Origin: Marsupella aquatica
Lineage: Eukaryota > Plantae > Marchantiophyta
Length of the DNA: 64,000 nt
Direction of reading: 5' to 3'
NCBI GenBank assembly: GCA_973895155.1
Contig: OZ316891.1
Location: 15,221,037 to 15,285,036, forward strand
Every line of letters begins with the position of its first letter. Position 1 is the stretch's first letter. Position numbers and translations under genes: made by a program. Below, piece by piece: positions 1-12,500 of the stretch. Below the pieces are notes generated by a model. It was not told the DNA's origin, searched no databases, and saw only the letters and a list, made by a program, of their open reading frames with translations.

Positions 1-82
1 TATCACCTAAGCACAATCAGTCGAAGACCTTCTAAATTTTGTTCTCAATCAACAAACTTTAGTGCTAGGCACTAAGGGGCCA

Positions 83-3000
83 TCACCGGGCTTCACTTTT
101 AGGAGAGAACCATCCTAATTCACCTGCAAATTTGTATACAATCCTCTCGTCCCTATGGCACTGACCATCGTGATAGTCCATCACCAATGTAACCAAGAAC
201 TGTGTACTCACCTGGCCTTCTGATGGAACAGCAGCAATGTTCTCTGCTTTTTCATTCTCTGCTTCGTCACCAGCGTCAGGTGAAGGACGGGCAATTGATA
301 CTTCTTGGATTGTTCCTGGGGGTGGGGGCTGAGGGGCTCTGGGGGGTGGTGGCGGAAGTGATACAGAAACTGCCTGACCTGTTCCAGCAGGAGGGGGGCC
401 AGGAGGTGGAGGTGGGAGAGAAGTAGAGAGCAGACCAGACCCTACATCCGGGTGTGAAGGGACAGGAGGTGGAGGAGGTACTGGGACAGGAAGAGGAATA
501 ACCGGATCCCCAACAGTTGAGGACCCTTCCCCGTCAGCAGGCAAAGGGGGAGGAGGAGGAGGAGGAGGAAGAGGCATTGGTCCTGTTTGTTGCTCTCCAG
601 ATGTCGATGCTGCTCCTCCAGCTGAGAGGGGAATTCTGGGCCCTGAAAAAAAACACTGGTATGAGAAAAGTGGACATGCGCCATAATCAAGCTTTATAGG
701 TGCAATAAACCTATAGTACCAATTCAGGAAAGGACATTAATCAACCGCGACTGCCATTAATCCACATCATCTCGAATTGAAATCTGCCCAGAGGACAAAA
801 TGTAAATTAAGCCAGTATCTTTCTACTCTGACTAATGCGTACCAATCGCTGACTTGTACATAGGCGGTTTGCCAGGAGGAGGGGCTCCACTAGGGTTCAG
901 AGATGGATGATAATAGACAGAGTCCTGCACCACAAAAATTCACACGGGAGAACCAAATTAAACTACAGTAACTTAAAAATTAAAATTTGCCAGGCGTTTC
1001 AGCATTTGAAGACACATACAGCGAGGATCGTACACACAACAGAGGACTGCAGAAAAACAGCAACATAACCTCGAGAGTCCTACATACCTCAGGTTTAGGA
1101 TGCTTTGCTCTTTCTTCTTCTTCTGCTGTTGCTCGTCTCCGTGGTGCAGGCAAGTGACTGATAAGGACACCCGATCGCCAGAGTGCAATAACCATTTCGG
1201 GAGCAAAGACGAAGGACACTAGATCAGTCACAGTTCGAATCATATCGAAAAGGCAAGCACCAGAAAAAGCTACGCAGCATTTCTTTCTCAAGCTTTGGCT
1301 ACAAGCTCAACCAATTGCATTTCCTCTGATCACCATCTGAGCTCATGAGAACAACCTGGCCACTAATTCACAAACAGAAAGGAATTACAAAATACTACGA
1401 CTTATGTAACACGCTGATGAGGATTTCAACGTTCTTCTCTCTATAAGAAAGGGAAACAAACCTGAACATAACTGGCTCCTCACCCTTCTCTCGCATCTTG
1501 TCTTCATACTCCTGCAGTTACAAGATTGTCACATCAGCATTCATGAACGATTGCAACACCTAGTGGTCAGGCGTGATCGTAAAAAAGCATTGGAATGGAT
1601 AAGGTCATTTTTTCTCAAGTTGAGGTCTTGAAGGAGAGGGAATAATATCCGCATGGATGAAATTTTTCGAACAGATTTTTTAAAAGTCAATGCTTTCAGC
1701 TCCCACAGTCCAGGACAGAGAAAATAACTTGCAGCAATGACCAACTAGTACCTTTCTCTTCTTGATCACCAAGTTCAAGGTATCTTCCAATTGTCTCTTC
1801 TTATGCCTTCTAGTCTTATCCAGCGCTCCATCAGCCTCTGCACAGGAAGCACATAATTTTCGGTCAGGCGCAAAAGGATCGAAGGAGAACTTTCAAAAGC
1901 TGCCTGATCCCCCTACATTCTTATCCAAAATAGACGTTACGAATCCCTACAAAAACGAATGGCCACTTGTTAAAAAGAGCCACAAATGGTCCGAAGATGT
2001 GCTCCTCCACTGTCATCCAATGTTTTAAAATCACTAAGATCAAACTTGACCCTAAATTCCCCACCTAGCGGAAAGGTTAGCATAAGTGAATCGTCCCTTC
2101 AATGCTGCTCAAATATCCCAATCTCATTAAGTGACAACTTCCACCATCTGCCAAAAAACGTATTGCAAGGATCATCCATTTTCTGCCCGGCAGCGTCTCG
2201 TAGCAGAATCTTATTGGCGTGCCAAGAGCATGTACTGTGACCTGCCTTACAATGACAAATTCCTTACCAAGCACATGTTTTGGCATTCTCTGACTTCAAT
2301 GTTATTCTTCTTTCCAAAAAATCATTTACATCATGCAGAACTCTAAACTAAGTGCATTCCTGAAGCTAAGACCACAATTGCAACGGGAGAGAAGAAATAA
2401 TGCCCGTCAGAACATACTCATCATCTCGAGTTTCCTAATTTGCTCTTTGATTGCTTCAGGGTCCTTTTTCAGAATCCCCACCTCTCGAACCTTCTTCCTC
2501 TCCTTCTTATTCTGCGTAAACCAGTACAAATAGAACAGAACCAAATTAAGGCTAGCGAAGGGAACAGAGAAAACAAATCTTCAGTCATTACGCGACGACT
2601 TTAAACTCGCACAAAACAAGGGTTTGCTTGGCCCTGAGGCAAATGCGGGCATACCCGCTTCAGCTCCTTCTTGCGGAGCTCCTTGCGGTACGCATCTGTC
2701 GGATTCATGACCTTCCCACCCTTTGTGGTCTTCATTTAGCCCTACTGTAATATAGCAGGCCCTAAGCCCTGGTCTTTCTCACTCTCAAGAGTAATGTATT
2801 CTGCTTCAATTGCCACCCTCAGAATCCGTGACGGCAAAAACCCCTAACCTCATTACACAGGTGCTCCGTCGTCCACCGCCTTGGCTTTCCACCTCCTCCT
2901 TCCTCCTCCCTCACTGTCCTCGACTTCAACCAAATTCTCGACCATACACAAATCGTTCGAGGACCATAGCCCTAAAATCTTCTTTCCACCAGTCCTGTCT

Positions 3001-3300
3001 CACTCTTCTCCCTTGTGCAGAGTTTGTCGTTCGACCAAATTTTTGAAGAACAATCACCCGCACCTAACGTCTCATTTCTCTTTGAATCGCTCTCTGCGTG
3101 GCTTCTCGTCAGAAATCGCGCACGGCTCTAAAGTAGTCTCCTTCACAATGCCTGTATCCTCAATGCAGACTTTCTGTTACCAATCTTCTTCACCTCCATG
3201 AGAGAGCCGTCACTTCCTGGCGCAGTCAGCACCTAGTCACTTCATTATTTGATATCGCGAGGAGAAGGGTGGACAACCCTCTTGTCCAGTTCCATCGGAT
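83..3300 (-). pseudogene. Heavily degraded coding-like segments (Pro-rich, Glu/Lys-rich), probably a TE relic
   Basis: Poly-Pro ORF at 83-577 and fragmentary minus-strand ORFs; no recognisable domain. Confidence 0.3.
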
Positions 3301-3535
3301 ATGTGCGGTCGCTCAACCCCTCGCCCCCTCGGCTGCTCAAGGAGAAGGGCACACATTGCCGATCTCTTCTCCTCCTTCCTCCTGATCTGTCACAAGAGTA
3401 AAATCATCCGGAAGGTTTTGGCTTCTTTCGACTACGTCAAATTTTGGTTCTACTTCTTAATATTGGCCATAACTTTTCACTCAACTCTCAATAGTGAAGC
3501 TTCTAAAGAATAGCCAGGTTGGAAAGTGGTTATAA

Positions 3536-4680
3536 TTTTATTTCCATAATTCAGATCTCTTATATCTAATTTACTATTACTATCGTGAATGCTCGATGAT
3601 AATCAGCGTGTACGTTTTCAATTCCACCCTCAACCATACCTGCCTGCATAGTCATATTGTCTAGAGATTTTACTCTAGACCATAGGCCCTAATTCTTGCC
3701 TTGTGGATCTGGTTCTATTAATTAGAGATCTATCTAAATACTATAGTATGTAACCTTTCTTTTTCATAATTTGTTTCAAGAGATGTCATTCTGGAGTCAA
3801 GCTTCTTCAGTCTTTCATGAGTGGTGACATTTTTACTAACCATTAGATGGCCCTCAATGTTTCATTGCACCTTTTCATGCCCAACTTGTCACTCTCCCCA
3901 CAACCGGCACATCCCTTCAAATCCAGTTGTTACACAGATTCCCCCAACTTTTCAACTACCTGGTCATCAAACTGATGCTCTATAACATTTCCACTCAACA
4001 TCACTTATCATGGACGATTAGCTCAATACCCGTGCGTTGCACAAATATGTGGTTGCACAACGAAGACGATGCGTTGAAGACGTAGTGACGTAGTATGCAC
4101 AAAAGATCTTATTTTGCAAAAGGATGACATTGCCCAAAAGCTGTTATTTGTACAAAGATGTCATTTGCCATATTTATGTTGTTGTACAAAGATGACATTT
4201 TGTGAACAATGTTGTTTGCAAGAATGATATCATTGTGCAAAAGATGTTGTTTGCAAGAAAGATGTTGTGTAATAGATTTCTTCATAGAAGATGACATTGC
4301 AAAAAAGATGTCTTAGTTGACAAGAAAATGTGAATGTGTAAGTGATGTTGTTTGTGAAAAAGATGACATTGCACAAAAGTTGTTGTTGCAGAAATAATGT
4401 GTTGTAAAAGATGTTGTTTGTGGAGAAAATATGGTTATGCAAAGATGATGTTTGTGGACAAGATGCCATTGCTCAAAGATGTTATTGTGTAAAAGATGAT
4501 GTTCATGGAAAAAATGACATTTTGTGGATACTTGACACCAAGACTCCCTAAACTTTCTACTTACTAACTTTCTCCAATAGTGCCTGTCTATAGAGGGTGG
4601 GTCCTAGACCTTCTCTTGTGCTCATGGATGGGAAGGAGAGAACACTCCTTGGAACTTGTGCATTTTCCCCTCAACCTCTC
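3536..4680. repeat. Dispersed repeat, copy 1 (contains degenerate AAAGATG array)
   Basis: Colinear with 15637-17120; copy 2 has an extra ~320 bp at ~16033-16350. Confidence 0.85.
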
Positions 4681-7643
4681 CGATTTCCGTTTGACTTTTC
4701 TTCTTAATATTGTAACTTTCGCAACTCATGACTTGGGCTCGCCCTTGGCCCCAGGAAGACATCAATCCCCTCAAATATACTCATGGAGACCTGTCACCCC
4801 CAGACCGGCTTTGGTCTACTATTTTTGGCCCTAAACCTGGACTCCAACCCGCACGCATGGACATGCAACTAACTTGCTATGTCCATAACTTTCTAGCTAG
4901 ACGTTCGTAAGCGGAGTGCCTTAGCCTGTTGTGATCAGGCCAACCCAGTGCTCATGGCTAGGCCTTCAAAACCCGTCATCAGTTGGGGGTCCAGGACCGC
5001 CATTCCTGGGCCGCGCCATATCTCATGCGCCAAACGTCCATTGCACATGAAGTAAACTTCTTTAGCCTTGGGCCCAAGAGAAGCTCTCACTCAAACCCTC
5101 AGAATTCAAGGTCCATCTGGGGGTCCATATGGTCCACCCTAAGCCCGACCCTTCCCATTATCTGACCAACTCCAAGCTAGTCTAAGTCCTTAGTGTGCCC
5201 TTAACATTAAGGGACTTTTAAGGGATTGTTTGATGGGCCACACCAATGCAAGAGACATGATTGAGACATTAGAGGGGCCTAATATCCATCAAGAATTCAT
5301 CCTCCATGGCCCCATTGTCTCACCCGCCGCCCCCTTGTCTCACCCACCTAACCTTGGTGACGTCCCTCTTGCTTCCGTAAATTTTGTCTCTAGCTTGCCC
5401 CTAATCCAATTCGTAAAGCCAATATCATTTTGTGCGTATGTTTCCCCAAGTTTAAAAATCATATCAAACTTAACAAATATTGGCCATCCAATCTAGAGTG
5501 GCAAGAACCCTATGATCTCAAGTTTGTTTGTTAGACCCCCCCCCCCCCCTTCTCTTCAATACCATACTTGCTAACTTGGTTCAATGCCAAGACCCATTGG
5601 GGCAGAAACACTGCTCAAGTAACTTTTCAATTGAGCATTTTTATTCACCCATGCATTCCCAATGTTGTACGGCCCCTTCCGCAACTCACACGATTTAGTA
5701 TCACCCTCTTAAATCTACTTGTATATTTGGTTCTTGCCACCCCACTGTCAAGGGCCACAGCACGGTTCAGATTAGTTTTTCAACGGAGTAATTTTATTCA
5801 TCCCATATTCCCAATATTGTCCAACCCCATTTCAATGTTTACTTGGCTACTTTCTCATCAATACGATGTCCCTTGGGGTCATGGTGTGGTCTGGGTCACA
5901 TGTCCACTTTGGCTTTTGAGAGGAGGTGGTCCCTTCATAATGCTTCTGGGGACTTGTCACCCCGGGCCAACTTTGAGTCACTTGATCTGGCCCCCTACCC
6001 ATTGGTGTTTCAACCCATTAAAATCTTTTAAGAGGTGCTTCAAGGAGAGTCAAGGCCCAAGGCCCAAACATTCAAGCATAGAAGGGAAACTAAGGGGGAT
6101 GCTAGGGAGGCAAGCAAACCCAAATGGTCTATGCGCCGGATGAAATGATACAGTCCAGGCACCGCTCTCAGGGTCTTGAAGGTCTCACTAAATAGAGCCC
6201 CCCCCCATCACGTACAACATTATGATGCCTCAAACCACCTCAAATGTAAGGTTCTACCACTATAAAGTTGATAAATTATTGGAAAATTGTAAAATTATGA
6301 TTCAAAAGACCCTAAAGTTATTACAAGACTTAAAATTGGATGTAAAAAAACCAAAGGTTTTTCCAGGAAATTTGTTAAGTCTTCCCTTGAACCAATAAAA
6401 CAACTCTATGCTGCATTGCACTCACTCCCAATTTGGTGATAGTGAAACCCCGAGGTCAAGGTGAGCCTTGGGAGGGGGAAACTTGCCTTGCAAGCCATGT
6501 TGGTCCAGGCACAGCAAATGCTGTCAAGGTGAACCATAAGATAGGGAGGGGCAAGCCAAGGCACAGAGACATGGCAAGTGCACGAAGGGGCGAGCCATGC
6601 CACGCCAGGCAAGGCAGGACGGATGCATTCAAGTGCAACAAAGGTCTGTCAAGGTGAGCCATGGGAGGGGGAGAGGCGAGCCAAGGCACAGCAAGCAAGG
6701 ACCGAGACTGATTAAGTCCAGGTGCACAGTAGGAGCTGCGCAATAATGGCATGCGCAAAGAGGGGCGAGCAATGGCGAGGCATGGACCGAGGCAAGAGGG
6801 GGAGGGTTGACGCCTTAGGGCAGACTGGGCATCAAGGAGGATGCATCACCCCTCCCTATCCCATCCATTTCCCATCCATGCATGCAGAGATTGCATTTAA
6901 ACTCGTCATTAGACTTCTCTTGATGCATCACCCCTCCCCATCCCATCCATACACTCAGATGATTGCATAGTTAAACTCTTGCAATTAAACTCTTGTGTAT
7001 ATTAGACTGTAGTATCTTATTGTCTTGCATTGAATGAACATCTCCTAGGTCCACAAGGTCCTCTCTTATGCATGGATGTGATCCGAAGGATCCTCCTTCA
7101 TCCTTGTGTGCCATGCATGGAATGCAGTAGCTCCCATGTCTCTCTTTTTTTTGTCTTCCATTTGATTCATTCTTGCTTGGAAAGGAGTTCAGGTGTTCAC
7201 CCTTTCATTTGTTCACAATAAATTTAATTCTCTCTCTGGCTTGGTCCCTCACTTGTTGACACTGCAAACATTAACATTTGTAACACGACCACTCTAAAAG
7301 ATTGCAGGGTGAGCTCAGAGAGGCATGACTATGTGGTAGCTCACTTGAGTAGACAGTGACTCATAGGTCTTGGGTTCAAAAGTTGTGACTGACTGATCAC
7401 TTTCTGTGGGGTTTCATAGATTTCCCCTTAATTTATTTATTTTAAAGAAAAAAAAGTAGGCAGGAGTGCACATTATAGTTTTTGATTTCCTTCAATCAAT
7501 CAAAGGAAAAGTAAGCGGGAGTGTATATTATAGTTTTTGGTTTCCTTCAATCAAACAAGTATAAGTGTGTTGAAGTTGGCCCCTCATTCCTTCCTACACT
7601 TTTGTAGAAGCACTAACAAAATCTATTAAAAAAACTGAGACTA

Positions 7644-8193
7644 CCGTCTTCCCCCTAACACAGCGCCCGGGCGTTGTGTTCAAAAGTTGAAAATTTAGTG
7701 TCATTATACAAAAAAACATGTTTTCTTCAAACACAACGCCACATTTACACAGCGCCCGGGTGCTGTGTTCGAATTTGGCATTGTGTTTGGGGATGACGTT
7801 GTGTTCGAACTTGGGCACTATGTTTGAGTGAGGGGTTTGCTGTAGTGTCTTCCGTTACAATGAAGTGTTCGAAGTTGGCATTATGTTGGAGTGAGGACAT
7901 TGTGAAAGCAAACAAAAAGCTATCGACAATGAGCGCACCCATGAGCGCACTGAAAGCAAATATGTTTCACATTATAATTATATGCTTACCATTATAATTA
8001 TATGCCACTATTCAAACACAACGTTAATTTTCAAACACAACGCCAATATTCAAACACAACGCCACATGTTACAAAAATCCAAAACAAAGTGTCAAAACTC
8101 AAACACAACGCCCAGGGCTCACTAATTGAATATAACGCCCCTTGACTCACTATTCAAATATAGCGCCCGGGCGCTGTGTTCGGGGGAAGACGG
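7644..8193. mobile_element. Tc1/mariner-type MITE
   Basis: TA TSD; long TIRs starting CCGTCTTCCCCC.AACACAGCGCCCGGGCG; internal AACACAACG subrepeats. Confidence 0.85.
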
Positions 8194-8494
8194 TAGCATC
8201 TGGGCTGGGCTCTGACAAGTGATCCTGGAACTCTAGTAGAGGTATTGTTTCCTTGCTGAAGTTCAGTCTATCTAGGTTGTGACCTCTATTATGCCAACTT
8301 TTCAAGAGGGCATCAGCTTCATCCAATTCTCTAGTCAAGTGACCAGAATACTTACCAAAGTATGCCTACATCCCTATAGTTGCAACAAAAACACCAGCCA
8401 TTTATGTAGAGGGAACAATACTAAGGGATATCATTGGGATCATCATTATATGAACTTGAATGCACATTCTTTGAATGCTAATAGAAATGATGAC

Positions 8495-9670
8495 TGATCA
8501 TCATTTTGACATACATAATATCTCAGAAGCCTACACCCCAACTCCCGCTTCTAACAGATGATTATTTATATAGATTCTGGTAAAAATCATCCAACATGAT
8601 CATCATTTTGAGGTATACATAATATCTCATCCTTCTTTCTATCCACATAAAATTTGATGGGGCCCTGTAGTCAGGGTGTAGGGGCTTCACTCTAGAAACC
8701 TAGACCCCAACCCCAACTTCTCATTTTACTATATAGTAGCAAACAGAGTGAAGGGCTACACTCTAGAGTGAAGCCTCTAGACCCTAACTCAAACAAGGAT
8801 AAAATGTATTGACTCTCAATAAGACAAATCTAAAAGGTGCACCAAAAAACAGGTATGCAAAGATAACGGAAAAGAGTATCAATTTTATTTTATTTTTTAA
8901 TTTTTTTTGTTTTTAGTTCTGTTTACGCTTAAGGAACCGGTAGTCAGGCTAGTGAAAATGAAGCCTGAATAGACCCCTAGGTTTGTCAAAATGCTCTCAT
9001 GGATTTTTTCAACTCAGATGGACCTCATTTTATTCACAATGTCACAAGGAATATTCCTAATTAATCTAAGGTCCATGGGAGCATCATTTTCCAGGCTAGT
9101 AGTAAAAATCATCAAATATGATCATCATTTTGAAGCACATAATATACCATCCTTCTTAGTTTCCATCCACATAAATTTTGGTGGGGCCCTAGATACTTAA
9201 TATACCATCATCTTTTCCATCTACCTAAACTTCCACAAAAGTTAAAATGCCAAAGCCAAAATGTGTCAGGTTTGGAAGTAATCAATGCAATTCCCGGAAA
9301 TAAGCGGCCGTTTGCTCCAGATTTTTAGACCACCTCAAGAGGAGGTCTAAGTTTTTGACAAAAAAACTTGCACATATCAGCAAAAAAAAGGGACCCACAA
9401 GGGGCCCATTGATAGATGACTACTGTAGGTTCCCTAATGCTTGTGGTCCATTGTGCCCCCAAGTTCATGTAAAGTGAAGTGTGGCCAGTTCCCACATATG
9501 GATGGTTAGGATTGCATCTTTCAGTTAGAAAAAAGTAAATGCTGCCCCCAAGTTCTTGTAAAGCCACCCTAAGATGCCCTCCTTCTTTCCATCCACATAG
9601 ATTTTGTTGGGGCCCTAGAGTCACATCCAGAGGCTTCACTAGAAGCCTAGACCCCAACTCTAGCTTCTCA
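8495..9670. repeat. Region of interspersed subrepeats downstream of FAD2
   Basis: GATCATCATTTTGA x3, ATCCACATA...GGGCCCT x3, and AGCCT..ACCCCAACTC variants. Confidence 0.55.
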
Positions 9671-10042
9671 TGGCCATTACTCCATTAGTTATATACACAA
9701 GCTTCAATGCTCATTATTTGACTGGTAATGAAATGCTGACAAAAACCATCATGCATTTTAACATACACAATATATCATCTTCCTTTCCATGCCAGTCAGT
9801 TGAACCAGCCAGTCAGTTGAACCATGCATCAGGAAAGCCTCTTCCGGAGAGCTGCAGCAGATCCTAAGGAGGACCACCAAAGCTTGGTCACCTTCCATGC
9901 CCACAAACAGACAGTAATACTTCTGTCTGAACAGCTAGCCCACAAAAGCAACTGTTCTGCTGCTAATTCTGCTCCACTCACCAGATTGGGCTCAGCCCCG
10001 GCATGACTCCGACTCTAAATAACCCCTATATGCGTCAACCGA

Positions 10043-11188
10043 TCAAATTTTGTTCTTGTACCAGAGAATTCCGTTCTTATCAGGATCAGCCTCGACGTAG
10101 ACGCATTCTTTTGTCTCTCGCCAAAGAGCCTTGAGCACGGGGGTGCTATCAAAGTGGTAATAATCTCCAAGGATGGGTTTCAAAAGCTTGGTCGCCTCTT
10201 GAGCGTGGTAGTGTGGCAACGTAGAGAAAATGTGATGGGCCACGTGAGTGTCGGTGATATGATGAAGGATATGATTGAGGAAACCATAATCCCGGTCCAC
10301 AGTAGACAGAGCACCACGCAGCCAATCCCATTCTTTGGAGTCGTAGTGAGGCAGAGAAGCATGTGTGTGCTGGAGGAAGGTTATGAGAACCAGGAACCCA
10401 TTCACAATGAGCAGGGGAACTGCATACACCTTCAAAAGCCAGAGGATTCCGAAAGCTTGTCCCAGTCCGTATAGACCGCAGCCAACAGACACTAATCCCA
10501 AATCACTCATGACGATAAACAGCTTCTCCCTACTGTTGAAGATGGGAGCATTGGGATTGAAGTGGTTGGCAGGTCTGTCGTACTTCCTCCCAGACACGTT
10601 GAAAAGCAAGTATAAGGGCCATCCCATCGTGAGGGTCATAACAATGGAAAGAATCCTGCCAGGGTGACTTTCCGTAAGAAACTTTAGGGGCCTAACCGAC
10701 TCTTTCGGCCTCGGAACGAATACTTCATCACGCTCAATGCTTGCGATGTTGCTGTGATGCCGACGATGGCTAAACTTCCAGGAGAAGTACGGTACGAGCA
10801 GACAAGAATGGCAGATGAAGCCAACCAGGTCATCCACCCACTCATAGTCACTGAATGCGTGGTGACCACACTCATGTGCAATAACCCACACCCCTGTAGC
10901 GACACAACCCTGAGCAATCCAATATGCGACCCACAGAAAGCCGCCCAAAGCGCCATCGACGTTCTGAATGTAAGTAGTGGCGTAAAAGAGAGCGCTGATA
11001 ATGACAAGATCTGTGACGATATACGATCCTGATCTTAGCAATGAACGTTTGAAGCAATGCGAAGGGAGAGCCTTCTTCAAATCACCCACGGTAAAAGGGG
11101 GTTTGGCAGTGGGAACGCGGCTGACTGCCGGATCTCGTGCAGACGTCCTTTTCGCCATCTCGTGTGCATTTCTTCCAACAGCCCCCAT
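10043..11188 (-). CDS. FAD2: Microsomal omega-6 (delta-12) fatty acid desaturase, 381 aa, single coding exon
   Basis: Intact ORF with three His boxes (HECGHH, HRRHH, HVAHH) and FAD2 motifs [36 protein letters not shown]. Aromatic ER-retrieval-type C-terminus WYKNKI. Confidence 0.97.
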   Translation of the reverse strand: MGAVGRNAHEMAKRTSARDPAVSRVPTAKPPFTVGDLKKALPSHCFKRSLLRSGSYIVTDLVIISALFYATTYIQNVDGALGGFLWVAYWIAQGCVATGVWVIAHECGHHAFSDYEWVDDLVGFICHSCLLVPYFSWKFSHRRHHSNIASIERDEVFVPRPKESVRPLKFLTESHPGRILSIVMTLTMGWPLYLLFNVSGRKYDRPANHFNPNAPIFNSREKLFIVMSDLGLVSVGCGLYGLGQAFGILWLLKVYAVPLLIVNGFLVLITFLQHTHASLPHYDSKEWDWLRGALSTVDRDYGFLNHILHHITDTHVAHHIFSTLPHYHAQEATKLLKPILGDYYHFDSTPVLKALWRETKECVYVEADPDKNGILWYKNKI

Positions 11189-11244
11189 TGCGTCGCTAGT
11201 ACTGCTCGAGACAAATCCCTGAATGCTTGTTCTCTCGTTGTCTT

Positions 11245-11255
11245 CTATATATATA
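11245..11255 (-). promoter_or_regulatory. Probable TATA box of FAD2
   Basis: Minus-strand TATATATATAG about 60 nt upstream of the FAD2 ATG. Confidence 0.5.
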
Positions 11256-11793
11256 CGAGTCTTCGTTGCACTCCCATAGGGAGAAAGTGCATGGAATGTA
11301 ATCTTGGGTCGCGATGCCCTATGCGGAGGTCCTTGCTACGGGTGGGGATGGAGGGGCATAATGAGTGCACGGGGGGGGGGGGGGGGGGGTTGCATGGAAG
11401 GGAGCAAAATCTGATGCATGTCTCGTTTACTATCGGATGGATACGAAAAAAGAGATGCTTTAATCTGACGATTCAGTTTCATTCCTGCTGATATTCAAAT
11501 TCATAATGGGACTACGGACGAAAGTGACCAAATGGGCGGGATTGCCTATTATAGTGTTAGATATAAATATATCAGAGTGCAAAAAAGCACAAACTAGATC
11601 GGGAGACAGGTCCCAAAGACAAAGCAACCCAATAAAGGAAAAAATATATATTGCTACATAGCTAGTGTACACCCTGCCTTTCCAAAATATTCCATGGGAA
11701 GAACAATTTTAAACTTGGTCTTGCCACAAAAAGTCAACATAAATACTATCATCCCCAGAGAATTGTCAAACTTACAGTAGCATCCTAGGCCTA

Positions 11794-12500
11794 CCGTCTT
11801 CCCCCAAACACAACGCCCAGGCACTATATTGGAATAGTGGGCCATGGGATGTTATATTCGAATAGTGCGCCCAGGGCGTTGTGTTTGAGTTTTGACACTA
11901 TGTTTTGGAATTTTTTTACCTTGTGGCGTTGTGTTTGAATGGTGGCATTGTATTTGAATAGTGGCGTTGTGTTCAAATTTAGGCATTGTGATGAATTTAA
12001 GATGTAAGCAAGAATGATAGGCATAGAATTTATGGAGCTTTCGGACCATTTCAGCCCTGGCCAAATTTGGTGAAGCAAAATAAAATAACGGCTTAGAAAA
12101 TCATTCTCTGATTTCTATGGGTTTGCACATGGATGTAACTATTTGCAGAGTTGTCAAGTGCCATTTCAATTGAGTATGTGTGGGAAATATTGCTCCTAGC
12201 ATTGTCGTCAAGATGTGAAGATTATTAACAGCTTTTTGTTTACTTTGCTTATGCTTTGATTGTAATTCATGAATTTGCACTTTTTGTGCTCAATGCTGTC
12301 AAGATTAGGAAAACCTGAAACACAACCCTCAATATTCAAACACAATGCCACATTCGAACACAAGGTCATATCCGAACACAACGCCCGGGCGTTGTGTTAA
12401 AATGACGTTGTGTTCGAGTTAAAACTACTTTTTCTTACCAAGACTAAAAAATTTCAACTTTCGAACACAATGCCCGGGCGTTGTGTTCGGGGGAAGACGG
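11794..12500. mobile_element. Tc1/mariner-type MITE, same family, ~0.6 kb upstream of FAD2
   Basis: TA|CCGTCTTCCCCC ... GGGGGAAGACGG|TA. Confidence 0.85.
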